Assembly (NCBI GenBank): GCA_010405405.1
Contig: MU004245.1
Location: 71,256 to 119,596, forward strand
Origin: Microthyrium microscopicum
Lineage: Eukaryota
Direction: 5' to 3'
Length of the DNA stretch: 48,341 nucleotides
The position numbers and the translations under genes are program-made. Below, one piece after another: positions 23,623-34,985 of the stretch; position 1 is the stretch's first letter, and each line of letters starts with the position of its first letter. The notes below the pieces were generated by a model. It was given only the letters and a program-made list of their open reading frames with translations, was not told the DNA's origin and made no database searches.

Positions 23623-25596
23623 TCAGAAGAAATCGTACACATCGGAATCAGGCAAATCACTACGCGTCCTCAGCATCGGCAGACTGGTTACTGGACGCAT
23701 TGGTACTCCCGGTGTCTTCGTCCAGCCCGTCTCTGGTGTCGTGTTCAAAGACCGTTCTGCCGGATGTACGGACTGCAAAGAGTTACTCGAGGTTCGAACC
23801 TTCAAGGGTAAAGTTTCGCCCTTTTCACCATTCCATGCGCGCTCTTTGTTGTAGAGCTTGACCTTAGGGGTTCGTGGTGTCCGAGGTGCGCGTGAGTTGG
23901 AACTGGATTTAGAATTGCCGGTTGATGGAGTAGAAAAGGCTTTGGCATCGTGAGAGCCCTGAGATTCTCCGCGGCTTGGATTGGCTTGGTGAAGAGCGCT
24001 GGAAGAGACCGAGCTGGCGGTACTGCCTTGTCGAGGAACCGTGACTTCACTGCGGGAGTTGGATGGCTGTGGTATGGATGGATAGGTAAGGTTAAAGATA
24101 GGGGAAGTGGACCCTGTTGACTGCTGGACAGTGCTTGCTCCCCGTAGTCGTTGAGCTGCTAGCAGTAGCATGGGCTCTATATCGGAGTCGGTTTCGCAGT
24201 CCGTAGTTTCAATATCAGTCGCAGAGCTTCGACTGCTATGTCGAGCCGAACGTCTTGATGTGGAGTTCATTCGTTGTCGGCGGGAGGTGCGTCTGGGCTG
24301 TTCTACAGAGTGCTCGATTTGACTCAATGTCCAGGGTTGTGCAACACTGGCACTAGAGTTGTCTTGCTGATCTGATCTGCGACTCTTTCTTGGTTTGTGT
24401 GGAGTTCGTGGAGTCGCTGCACTGCCTGAATCTGCTCGATTGCCGTTCTCTGAACTGATGGAAGCGCCTCGCGTCACCTGCTGATGCCCATTTATTGATG
24501 CTAGTTGAGCATGCTGAATTTGTTGTTGCATTGCTTCATATGAAGTCTTGGGAGAGGCTTTCCTCTCAGGTGATGCTCTCCCGCTCGGTGTACGAGTGCG
24601 AATACTCGAACTCCCGAGTTGTGATTGTTGTGATTGATGCGATTGTCTGGATGACTTTCCTGCTGATATGTGCGTTTTGCCTTTGTCTTGATCTTCGAAT
24701 TTTACCTGCGAATTTCGAACTCTCAATTCGACTGGTGGATCTCTTGAAAGCTGCGGTGTAACAATATGTAGCGTAGGTTTGGTTGGTCGGAGACCTGTGT
24801 TGGATGACCATGATGAGTTTGGCCCGTTGTGCGTGGGAGTTGGTGTTGGAGGTAAAGGTCGTTCTTTGTCTCCAAACACACTTTCCGTTGGTGGTGCTAT
24901 GCTGTAAAACTTTGGATATACTTTCGGTGGGTATGTCACTCCCGACGGCGCAGCGCTATTTCCTGTGGACTCGAAGGATGATTTGTGGGCCAGTTTCTGC
25001 TCCAGGATAGACTCAAGATCTCCTACTTTGACTGAACGTCTACGTCTTCGAATCCATACAAGGCATGATAGTGCCGCAATGATCGAAATGGCCAGGGCAG
25101 TGGAAGCAATAACAATACCGGCGATCAGAACCTTAGATACTTCTTGTCCAGTTGCTGAAGCCGTTGTGGTTGCCGCAGATGGTGTTTCTGTGACTGCTGA
25201 TCCTGAGCTGCTGGGTTGGACCGATGAAGAAGCTGCTTTGGGAGTTCCGGTTACCACCAAGGTTGTATGAGTTGGAGTGGCCGAATTTGCGGTGCCTTGA
25301 CAAACATTGTAGATCCCAGAAGCGCTCTGCTGGGCATCTGCGCTACTACATCCCGAGGAGTACAGGCATGAATATCCAACTTCACCCAGAGTGTTGCCAT
25401 TGGCGTTGTACTTGGAGCAAAGACAACTCTGATTTGAGAGATCTGAGCAGGAAGATTTGAAAGAATTGATTCCGTTGGCAAAGCATGACTGGGCGCATGA
25501 GGGTGTGATCTTTGACAAGAATGTAGGAAGTGAGTCAGAGATTGCTCCCCCTGCCAACAGTCCAATTACAATTATGGAATCGGAAGATCCAATCAT
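23623..25596 (-). CDS. CFEM-domain single-pass membrane protein with long Ser/Arg-rich cytoplasmic tail
   Basis: ATG in GCCGCCATG context and a hydrophobic N-terminus. Eight-Cys CFEM-like pattern PSCAQSC...C...CLC...C....C...C, S/T-rich stalk, TM helix VLIAGIVIASTALAISIIAALSCLVWI followed by RRRRR. Confidence 0.82.
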   Translation of the reverse strand: MIGSSDSIIVIGLLAGGAISDSLPTFLSKITPSCAQSCFANGINSFKSSCSDLSNQSCLCSKYNANGNTLGEVGYSCLYSSGCSSADAQQSASGIYNVCQGTANSATPTHTTLVVTGTPKAASSSVQPSSSGSAVTETPSAATTTASATGQEVSKVLIAGIVIASTALAISIIAALSCLVWIRRRRRSVKVGDLESILEQKLAHKSSFESTGNSAAPSGVTYPPKVYPKFYSIAPPTESVFGDKERPLPPTPTPTHNGPNSSWSSNTGLRPTKPTLHIVTPQLSRDPPVELRVRNSQVKFEDQDKGKTHISAGKSSRQSHQSQQSQLGSSSIRTRTPSGRASPERKASPKTSYEAMQQQIQHAQLASINGHQQVTRGASISSENGNRADSGSAATPRTPHKPRKSRRSDQQDNSSASVAQPWTLSQIEHSVEQPRRTSRRQRMNSTSRRSARHSSRSSATDIETTDCETDSDIEPMLLLAAQRLRGASTVQQSTGSTSPIFNLTYPSIPQPSNSRSEVTVPRQGSTASSVSSSALHQANPSRGESQGSHDAKAFSTPSTGNSKSSSNSRAPRTPRTPKVKLYNKERAWNGEKGETLPLKVRTSSNSLQSVHPAERSLNTTPETGWTKTPGVPMRPVTSLPMLRTRSDLPDSDVYDFF

Positions 25597-27756
25597 GGCG
25601 GCATTAGGTGTAAATCTGAGGAGATTCAATTAGCAACATGTTCTAATTACAATATCGTAACAGCCTACGTACCATTAAACCTCTTGAAGCAGCAAGAACC
25701 ATATACACATAGCCAATTGAAAACTAAAAAGCAGAGAGCGATCTAGCTGGGGATATCATACAAAAAACATCAAAGAACTACGTCACGAACGAATGGTATG
25801 ATTTGGAAAGCCCCTGACGAGCGAGGCTGGCTTGATAGGTCATTATGTATCTCGCAAGCAGCAGGCGCCAACTTATAGCTAAATAGGAGATCGAGTGAGT
25901 TCTGTCATTGAGGTCTATCCTGAAGGGCGCTTACGGTTTGGGTCAGCGGCAAGGTAGCGGAGGACGTGGATTCATTGGCTGAAACCAGCGGCTCGAGTTT
26001 AACCAACGGTCCCGATTCTCTTTTATCGCACAAGAACCCTGAAATGATGCATATCTTTCTATCGTTCTAACATCCGGACATACAGGGCAGTTGGTGTTGG
26101 GCGGCGCTGGAGTGTTGGCATGCTGAGGCGTTTGTTTGCATTGGCATGCCCGCTGTAGGCAATACATTGAGTCCTGCATCTGGATAGATACAGATGCATC
26201 ATCAGCACACACAAGATGATTGATCGAGCATGAGGGCGTAATGCCAAAGACCTTCTAGAAGGACGCTAGAAGATGCAAGAATTATGCACTCTTGATGAAC
26301 TCACCTCCAAAAACTGGCAAGAAGTTGGAAGTCGCGAGATAGGTCTGTGCGCTACGCAGCCAGCAACCAGCAGCCACGCGTGAAGCATGACTCACGGACA
26401 CGTCTAAGTAACCACGGAAAAGCACACTGCCGCGTTCTTTACAAACTTCATTTTAGTTCTCCCCAGCAAGATCGAGTACTCTATGATACGAGCGGACCGG
26501 TTTTCGACCAACAGTCGGAAAACAACCATACTGGTCATCCCGCTGAAACGATAGTTCCAGCGTAGACCCGCCTTGGGAGTTGGAGACCGACTTCGTTCAG
26601 CCTGGTCTAGGACGCTTTCAAGCTCGATGCATGAACCAACAATGCCCAAGGATTGAGGCTATTCTTCCGCGTTGGAATCCAATCCACCAACTAGACTTGT
26701 AGCCAATGTTCCCGGGCCAAGTGCTGCGCAATCATAGTCGGCCCTGTTGGACTTGCATCCACCTCGCATATCTTTCGAAAACGTGGCGGGGTACTCTCAA
26801 TCTCAAAGCGATATACGTTGCATATGCATCTACTTCGCCGCCATGAGCCTCCAATAGATACTGCGCGTTGAGAACGATTAGGACATCACTTTACCAGGCT
26901 CCTGGGAACAGAGTTGCAAGGACATTATCACTTGACACGGTACAGCAACGCGCGCAAGAAGCCTGCCGCGATGCAGTCGGATAAGCGCACCTACTAATGT
27001 TGTCTATCTCAGCCGGTCAATGTAAGACTTGTCGGATGGCACCCCGAAGACTTGCAGCCTTTACGACGGACATGTCATTTAGAGAATTTTGGATTGCAGG
27101 CTGCATGCCTCCGCTCCCAATGCGGTACAATTTGAGAGGCCTTACTACCTACCGATGCCGGGATATTGTCGATGAATCGATCTGCACTTCCCACATGCTG
27201 CACGAGAAAGACGCTAGAAGGTCGCTAGAAGGTGAATTGCATTTGAGCGAAGGATCGGGTTTGTGCTGGCATCGACTATCAGTTCTCTCTTTGGATCAAA
27301 AGCAATGATGGGATATGCCTCCAATCACTGCGACTATGTGCAGGACATGGAAGAAGTGCCAAGTCGGAGACCAAACGATTTTATCCGGTATACCTTGGGT
27401 TGGCTCGTTGCACGAACGAGCCTTTGGAATGGCTCCTGCTCGGCTTTCACGAGTTCAGCGAACTACACCAAAGCCAATTCGAGTCTAGGACGCTAGATTG
27501 CCGGACAAAACCAGAGGTTGTTCGGAAGCGGTTCCATACCCTGAAGCGTTGGCAAGTACGTTGGCAGGATATTGATTAGCAAAGAACGATTCCGTGAGCT
27601 GTTCTTGTGATATCGATCCTGCTGGACTAGAAAACATCAGCAATTAAATTGCTGGCTCACACTCTGCTATGATATATACACAACGATTACGGCAAGTCCA
27701 TTGAGACAAGCTCTTCGAATCGTTATAGAATGCAACAACATCACGATCAGTATCGA

Positions 27757-29188
27757 TTAGAACCACTTGGCTTTTCGTCCTACCAAACTGCATCCGCCGA
27801 ACAATGCTGTAATACCTGTAAAGGCGATCAGAGTCCCATATCCACTTCCATAAGCAAAGGCAGCATTCTTCCACGATCCACTGTTCATCAGCGCCTCACT
27901 CAAAGGTCCGCTCACAACGTTGCCAATTCCTTTTCCCGCAGCCAGCGACGCAAATATCATGCCGGTGTCTGCATTTTCCTTCTTTTTGATAACATCTCGC
28001 GTGATACCAGCCCAAGTACTTGCCCAGCAGGAAGCAAAAAGGCCGTACATGATGCAGAAGATATAGAGTGTTGGCAGCGACTCGGATAAGCCCCAGAGAA
28101 GAAAAACGGCGAGTGTGGTGCCGATGGTAGATATCGTAATGCATGTTGTGAAGTGAAAGCGACCTGCTAATATTCCCATTACAATATTCCCAACGGCAGC
28201 AGCACCGTTCAGCAGGATGATAGTGAGTGTGCTGAGAAACTTTCCTGCTCCTAGAGATCGAGCATATATCGGAAGGTATAGAGGCGGGAGGAAGTAGCCC
28301 AAAGATTCGATAATGTTGCCGAGCTGAGAGAGAGCAAAAACTGGGGTGAGCCAGAAGGAGAGATGTAGGCGACGGGAATGATTGGCCTGAGAGTCGGGCA
28401 GACGAGGCTTGAAGAAGAATAGAAAAGGGGCGACCAGGATGAATATGATCACTGAACAGACTCGGAGAGTGGTTTGGTATCCGTAGTTCGTCAACAACCA
28501 TTGAACTACCAGTGGAAGGATCATTCCTGCCAACCCAAAACCAGCCTGTCACAGTAAGTTTCCATTTGCAGATTGAGCTGGGCCCACTCACCATGATGAC
28601 TCCAAATGCAAAAGCTAGCTTTTGAACGAACCATTCATTGATATAGAACAGTATTGGAGTCCAAGCAAAGCCTCCACCGATGGCGAAAAGAACACCCTGA
28701 GTTGCGATTAATTGGTCGACAGTTTTCGCAAACGATCCCAAGCCCAGAGACAAGCACATTATCTGTTCCACGAAATAGATCAGTAAAGATGGTTTCAGAG
28801 ATATATGGGATGGGAACAATGAAGATTGTTTTTATCTTACCAATAATCCTCCAATATTAGACCACCGACGAAGTCGAGGCCAAGTCTTCAGAATGGCAAA
28901 TATCACTGGCAACTCAAGATATTGCACTCCCATCGCACAAGTACCGATCACTGCAATGTTGTTCGACGAGGCAAATGGCTCGTGTGAGCTATAGTAATCC
29001 TGAAAAATCCCAAACACAGATGGAAAGCCCCAGCAAATTCCTTCCAGCATAACACATGAGGCCAGAAAGAGGTAGGCATGCTTGCCGTGATCTACCGGAG
29101 GTAGAGAGAAGGCGGACTCTGGAACTTCCACAGGTGTCCCCGGATTCGATTGTAACTCGATGGTAGACTGGAATGCCTCTGTAGACAT
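27757..29188 (-). CDS. MFS transporter, monocarboxylate porter (MCH/MCT-like) family
   Basis: Exons 28841-29188, 28592-28762 and 27757-28545 give 435 aa. Motifs LPPVDHGKHAYLFL...WGFPSVFGIFQDYY, TQGVLFAIGG...EWF, LGYFLPPLYLPIYA and GIGNVVSGPLS. Confidence 0.9.
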
Positions 29189-30384
29189 GGTGATGAATGT
29201 AGCTTCCAAGATTGATCTCAAATTCCAAGCTCTTTTATGTTGAAGAGGGCGGGCGCTCGCTCTTTATCGCATTCTTGAAAATTCACTCTTTAATATGTGT
29301 GTGAAAAGGTCGGGAATGATCTTTTTTAGTATTCTGTCAAAACTCAATCTTTGAGGAGGCGAAGTCAAAGTTTCAGAGCAGAAGTGTATTTCGATGACAT
29401 GTCAAAGGGCGTAAAGTGACAGCATGTCGAGCTTTTTTACTGTAACTCATGCAGCCGGTTAGGCTAGTAAACAGTCGTTACGACGATTTGGAATTTCATG
29501 GAATGCGAGTGCTCACATATTTTTTATCGTCTGCTTAAATCTCAAAAAGAAGAATACGAGGAACTTTAAGAGATTGGATATGTGTGGACTAGAAACAAAG
29601 ATGATATACGGTGTGACCAAAATGCAACGCCCCACGATGTCCAGAGCGAAGACTACAGTGACTACTTACTCTAGCCTGGCGTTAGTGTACTCAATCCCGC
29701 GATGATCTTTCTGTATGCTTTCGCCATGGAGCTTCAGTTTGCATTCAGCCAAACGATAGGTTCCCTGCCATGTTAGGGATATCGCTAATACTCAGTGACT
29801 GGGCACAGTTTCAATTTGTGGCTGGTTCGCAGATGCCATTTCTACAAATCAAGTATCGAAGCTAAGTGCCTGGACCTATTGGCCTTTTGAAGCGGAATGC
29901 TTTCTGCTCCTCTACTCCGGTCGTTAGGTTCGCAGGCTGGAGTGATACTGTCTTGACTGTGATATACATAAGTTGTATGAGGGATTCAGGGAAATGTAGT
30001 AAGGCATACATTGAAGGGGCCAGGTCCACCAGAAGTTAGGCAGGCGGAGATAGATAGGCTAGAATGAGGTTTCCGCGCCAATCGAATCCGAGAACATGAA
30101 GGAGAAATAGCTCAATTGGTTACTCTGCCAATGGTAGTGGGGGTTGACCTCAAGAGAGAAGAAACTGTTGTAAGCATTGAAAATCATCATCTTTCTCGAG
30201 TATGAGAGAGCCCCGCCGTAGCTGCCCCTCCCTTCGCCACCCCTTCGTCACTTTTCTCTGAGCACTTCTTCTGCTGCTATCTTCTATCCCCAATCTTCAA
30301 TTCTCCTACCTAGACACTTCCTCTCTCGCACAGTCCGAAGCTTCAATTCCCCAGTCCTGTCTAGATCCAACCACTTAGCCCATC

Positions 30385-32759
30385 ATGCCAGGCTACAACG
30401 AAGATGACTGGCTCGCCATCAACACCATCCGCTGCCTTGCGCCAGATATGGTGAGCTTCCTCAATGCTGCCAATTTTGTTCATATAGAAGCTCAAGGCTG
30501 ACTCTCATATAGGTCAACAAAGCAAATATAGGACATCCAGGTACAATTGACCTTCCGTCATACAATGGTACTCCAGTGACTGATATACTCCCGCCCAGGT
30601 GCTCCTATGTCCCTCGCGGCCGTCTCTCATGTTCTGTTCAACAAGTTCATGCAATTTAACCCAGAGAACCCATCATGGCCTAATCGAGATCGATTTGTTC
30701 TCTCGTACGTGCTCTCAGCTAAAGATTGTTCGTGTCGACGAGGGGAAGCTGACGGTACTTAGCAACGGCCACGCCTGCGCCCTTCAATACTGCTTGCTCC
30801 ACATGTTTGGCTACAAGCTCTCCATGGATGACCTCAAACAATTCCGACAGGTATGATGCTCATCCTTAGAAGTGCTTATGTCGCTAAGACTAGTTAGGTC
30901 GATTCTATAACACCCGGACATCCAGAAAAGCTGGACACTCCTGGTATAGAAGTCACAACTGGTCCTCTAGGTCAAGGATTTGGTAATGCTGTCGGTCTAG
31001 CCATCGCGCAAAAACACAGCGCTGCAGTCTACAACAAGGATGGCTTCGAGCTTTTCAACAACCACACATACTGCATCTTTGGCGATGGATGTGCAATGGA
31101 AGGTGTTGCTAGTGAGGCTGCTAGTTTGGCTGGCCATCTTCAGCTTGGAAACCTGATCTGTATCTATGATGATAACCACATTTCCATTGGTGAGGATTTT
31201 GGAAGCTGCAGCGGATCGAGCTAACTTTATCAGATGGTGACACCGCTATCGCCTTTACCGAAGACGTTTTGAAACGATTCGAAGCATATGGCTGGCACAC
31301 TCAGTGGGTCGAGAAGGGCGACGATGACCTCGATGCTATGGAAGCTGCGATCCAAAGGGCAAAGGATGTTACTGACAAGCCATCGGTCATCAAGTTGACC
31401 ACCATCATTGGTTTTGGTTCGCTTAAACAAGGTACACACGATGTTCATGGCAGCCCCTTGAAACCTGATGATCTTGCTCAAGTCAAGAAGAAGTTTGGTT
31501 TCAATCCTGAAGAGTTCTTCGTCGTCCCACAGAAAGTCTACGACAACTACGGCGCGCGATCCAAGGCTGGTGCTGCTGTAGAGCAAGAATGGAACAAGCT
31601 ATTTTCCAGCTACGGCGAAAAGTTCTCAAAAGAGCATTCCGAAATCCAACGAGTTCTCAAGAAAGACCTTCCTGAGGGCTGGCAGAAATGCTTACCAACA
31701 TACAAGCCATCGGATCCCGCAACTGCCACACGTAAACTCTCAGAAGCCGTTTTGGAGGCCATTCACGATGCAGTACCTGAACTGCTTTCCGGTTCCGCTG
31801 ATTTGACTGGATCGAACAACACTCGCTGGAAGAAGGCCACCGACTTCCAACCCCCAAGCACAGGCCTTGGAGACTGGTCTGGACGATATCTACGTTATGG
31901 TGTTCGTGAGCATGGAATGGGTGCCATCATGAACGGCTTGGCTGCTTATGGCACCGTCATTCCAGCGGCTGGTACATTCTTGAACTTCGTATCCTATGCT
32001 GCTGGTGCTTTGAGACTTTCTTGCCTCTCCCATGAGCGAGTCATCTGGATCGCAACTCACGACTCTATTGGTCTTGGGGAGGACGGACCTACTCATCAAC
32101 CTATCGAGACTTTGGCTCATTTCCGTGCCCTACCAAACATAATGGTTTGGCGTCCAGCTGATGGTAACGAGACTTCTGCTGCCTACTACATGGCCTTTAC
32201 CTCAAAAAGCACTCCATCAGTTCTTGCTCTTACTCGACAGAATCTTGTTCATCTTGAAAACTCTGTTCTCGAGAAGGCTATCAAGGGTGGATATGTTCTT
32301 CATGAAGACAAGGAAGCCCAAATTACCATTATTGCTACTGGTTCCGAAGTCAGCATTGCTGTAGAGTCTGTCAAGACTCTAAAAGATCAGGGTATTGTGG
32401 CCCGTGTCGTCTCTATGCCATGTGTAGAGGTATTCGATGCCCAGGACAAGGACTATCGTCTCTCGGTCTTGCCTGATGGTATTCCAATCTTGAGTTTCGA
32501 GGCCATGAGCACACTAGGATGGGAGAAGTACTCGCACGAACAGTTCGGTCTGAACAGATTTGGTGCTTCCGGTCCATACAAGAAGGTCTACGAGGTAAGA
32601 ATGTTAGTTCTGAGCTCTTGATACCAAACTAACAACTTACAGAAATTTGAATTCACCCCTGAAGGTGTGGCCAAGCGCGCCAAAGCTACTGTTGACTTCT
32701 GGAAGGACGTCAAGCCAATCCGCTCCCCAATCAACCGCGCATTCACCCACGTAATCTGA
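30385..32759 (+). CDS. tkl1: Transketolase
   Basis: Seven exons: 30385-30450, 30513-30540, 30599-30704, 30763-30850, 30898-31189, 31234-32594, 32643-32759. Motifs [31 protein letters not shown] (TPP binding), YGVREHGM and [18 protein letters not shown]. Confidence 0.98.
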
Positions 32760-32913
32760 ACGACGAAGAACAAATAATGGTTATGAAGGAAAGAATGAAT
32801 TGACCAGAATACATGAAACTTGACTTGCCTGTTAGACCAGCCTATAGTTGATACCAAAAAACGATATAGCCATGAACTTCTCACTACCACCATTACCCCT
32901 TTTCTCCATAATT

Positions 32914-33603
32914 TTATGCATAACTTCGTGGCGCAGGCTTGGTCCCCACCGGCACTCCTCCAACATGCTCCAGCGCCTTGTTCATTCCTTCTTCACCCAC
33001 TCGCTCCCCCACATCCAACGCAACCAAGAACCGACTAACGCAATTATATGCGCCAATCGTCGCCGTCAACTCGGCAATCTCCCGCTCCTCAAACTCCCCT
33101 TTTACTCGCGCAAATAGCTCGCTGGGCACTTCAACAGTCAACGTCACCGCATCCGTATACTCCAGCACCAGCGCATGCTTTGCGTCCGGCACGTCATCTG
33201 CTCCCGCCTTCCACGTCCCTGGCGCCGCGCTGAAAATCGCTTGTAGAAATGTATCGCTTGCGATTTCGTCCGCGCGCAGAAGATGTGCGTGGTGCTCCCA
33301 TTCGAACCATGCACGATTTAGCGCGGCTACGCGGCAGATTGCTGCTTCGCGGATGGAGTTGGAGAGGTTGGTTCGTGTGCGGACGGCGCCGAGGAAGGAA
33401 TTCCTGTGATCTCGTCAGCCATGAGTGCGAGTGTGCAGGTTGTGGGAGTCGTACCAGCCATCGGCGACGGGTGGGGAGATGAGTAGGGTGCGGTCGAGAG
33501 GTGTGAGATCACGGGGAGCGCGGCGGGTCTTGATGCGGTCGACTATGGCGAGTTCGGCGGGATCGCTGAATGGTGGTGGGTCGGGGGTGTAGGTGAGGCG
33601 CAT
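32914..33603 (-). CDS. Carboxymuconolactone decarboxylase / AhpD-like protein
   Basis: Exons 33455-33603 and 32914-33403. Motifs LDRTLLISPPVADGWNSFLGAVR...REAAICRVAALN...EWEHH...ELTATIGAYNCVSRFLVALDV. Confidence 0.88.
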
Positions 33604-33863
33604 TGTGACGGGTTGGTTGGGGTTTGATGGTGGTTATGGAGTGAAGTATGGCTTCGTTAACGATGAAGTTATGGCTTCCTTACGGAGCTGAATCTTGATG
33701 CTCTTATTCTCAGTTTGCCCCGCGGTGGATTGAAAAGATCCCGTCATCGGACCTTTTTAGCCGATCGGTATTGGAGATCGGTAAATTTGGTGTTGAAGTA
33801 TCTTTGCTTCTCTTTTGACGCCATTTGGAAACTTGACTGGTCAAATTGAGCTCTTGCAAGTTC

Positions 33864-34985
33864 TCATGGCTGTGGTACATCCTTGGAATTTTGATAGAGA
33901 TGCAGTTGGTATCGCATATTCTCCAATTCCGGAGGATATTTCAGCCCTTCAGGAATGCGGAACCAAGTACTCTCTTCGCTTTGTAGTTTGGTCCATGAAG
34001 GTTCGCCGGACTTGCTCTTTGAAGCCTCGCCTTCAGCTTTCTTATCGCCATCTTTCTCCTTCAGCATAATGTGATCTAAGAGCCAGTGCATCGGATAGTT
34101 CTTCTCTCCCCCATTGAGCGTGATAGTCGCGTAACTGCCGGCACTGTCAACAACAAGTATATGTGATCCAGGAGCCATGTTCTTCTTGATCCTCATCAAG
34201 AGTGTATTAGTTTTAGCCATGGAGGTGGAGTATAATTCATTCAATGTGAAGAAAATAGTTACCAAATCAGCACCGCTTACTAGATTTGCTACTTCCTCTG
34301 GGCTTGTATCTAGCAAATTACGCTGTATGAAGCTGTATCTGAGATCAGTTGGCCCAATTAGTGGGACATTAGCAGCTACTACGTGCGCCGCCGCATACTT
34401 TGATATCGGCGGTGGTGTGACCAGTCCTTGAAATAACGTCTCCATGATCGGTCCCCAAGCTGCAATGTCAACTGCAGTCATCTCGATGCTACGCCTGGCA
34501 TCTTGTCCCTCATCTCGCAAGCTCTTAACCGCAGCGCCTAAGGCCACTAGCTCAGCTCCTGCACCGCCGCCCAAGCAAACAATGCGCATAGCTTCTGGCT
34601 CATTGCTTGGTGCGGGTGCAGGCACTTTGCTATACAGCCCGATAGTGTTCAATGCCTCGCAAAACACCAGTGTGTATGCTAAAGCGCGACTAGGACTCCA
34701 ACGAGCAGCATACGCTTGGAGATGCGCCGCATCTCCGAAGGCAGTCATGAAATCTCGCTCAAACAAAGCCCGCTTGACGGATTGTAAAGTGTTTGCCAGC
34801 TCTGGATTGAAGGTGTCAGGAAAGGCCTTGCGGAAAACGTTGAGTGTTAATTGCTGGAGAGCGAGCGAGATGACTGCCGGATTTGCGAGACTTGCTTCCG
34901 GGTCGTCGTCAGGGGGCACTGCATTACGATTTGCTTGGGAGGCAACTGATGGCTTGGAGCGATTAGGAGGGCGTTTGGAAGGCAT
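33864..34985 (-). CDS. bmt6: 25S rRNA (uridine-N3)-methyltransferase, Bmt6-like
   Basis: 373-aa ORF with AYAARWSPSRALAY, SAM-binding CLGGGAGAE, FTLNELY, VVDSAGSY, YPMHWLLDH and LENMRYQLHLY. Confidence 0.82.
   Translation of the reverse strand: MPSKRPPNRSKPSVASQANRNAVPPDDDPEASLANPAVISLALQQLTLNVFRKAFPDTFNPELANTLQSVKRALFERDFMTAFGDAAHLQAYAARWSPSRALAYTLVFCEALNTIGLYSKVPAPAPSNEPEAMRIVCLGGGAGAELVALGAAVKSLRDEGQDARRSIEMTAVDIAAWGPIMETLFQGLVTPPPISKYAAAHVVAANVPLIGPTDLRYSFIQRNLLDTSPEEVANLVSGADLVTIFFTLNELYSTSMAKTNTLLMRIKKNMAPGSHILVVDSAGSYATITLNGGEKNYPMHWLLDHIMLKEKDGDKKAEGEASKSKSGEPSWTKLQSEESTWFRIPEGLKYPPELENMRYQLHLYQNSKDVPQP

Noticed and set aside
26248..27243. Short similar motif AGAAGGWCGCTAGAAG at ~26257 and ~27216
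   Set aside because: Too short and isolated to support an LTR or element boundary.
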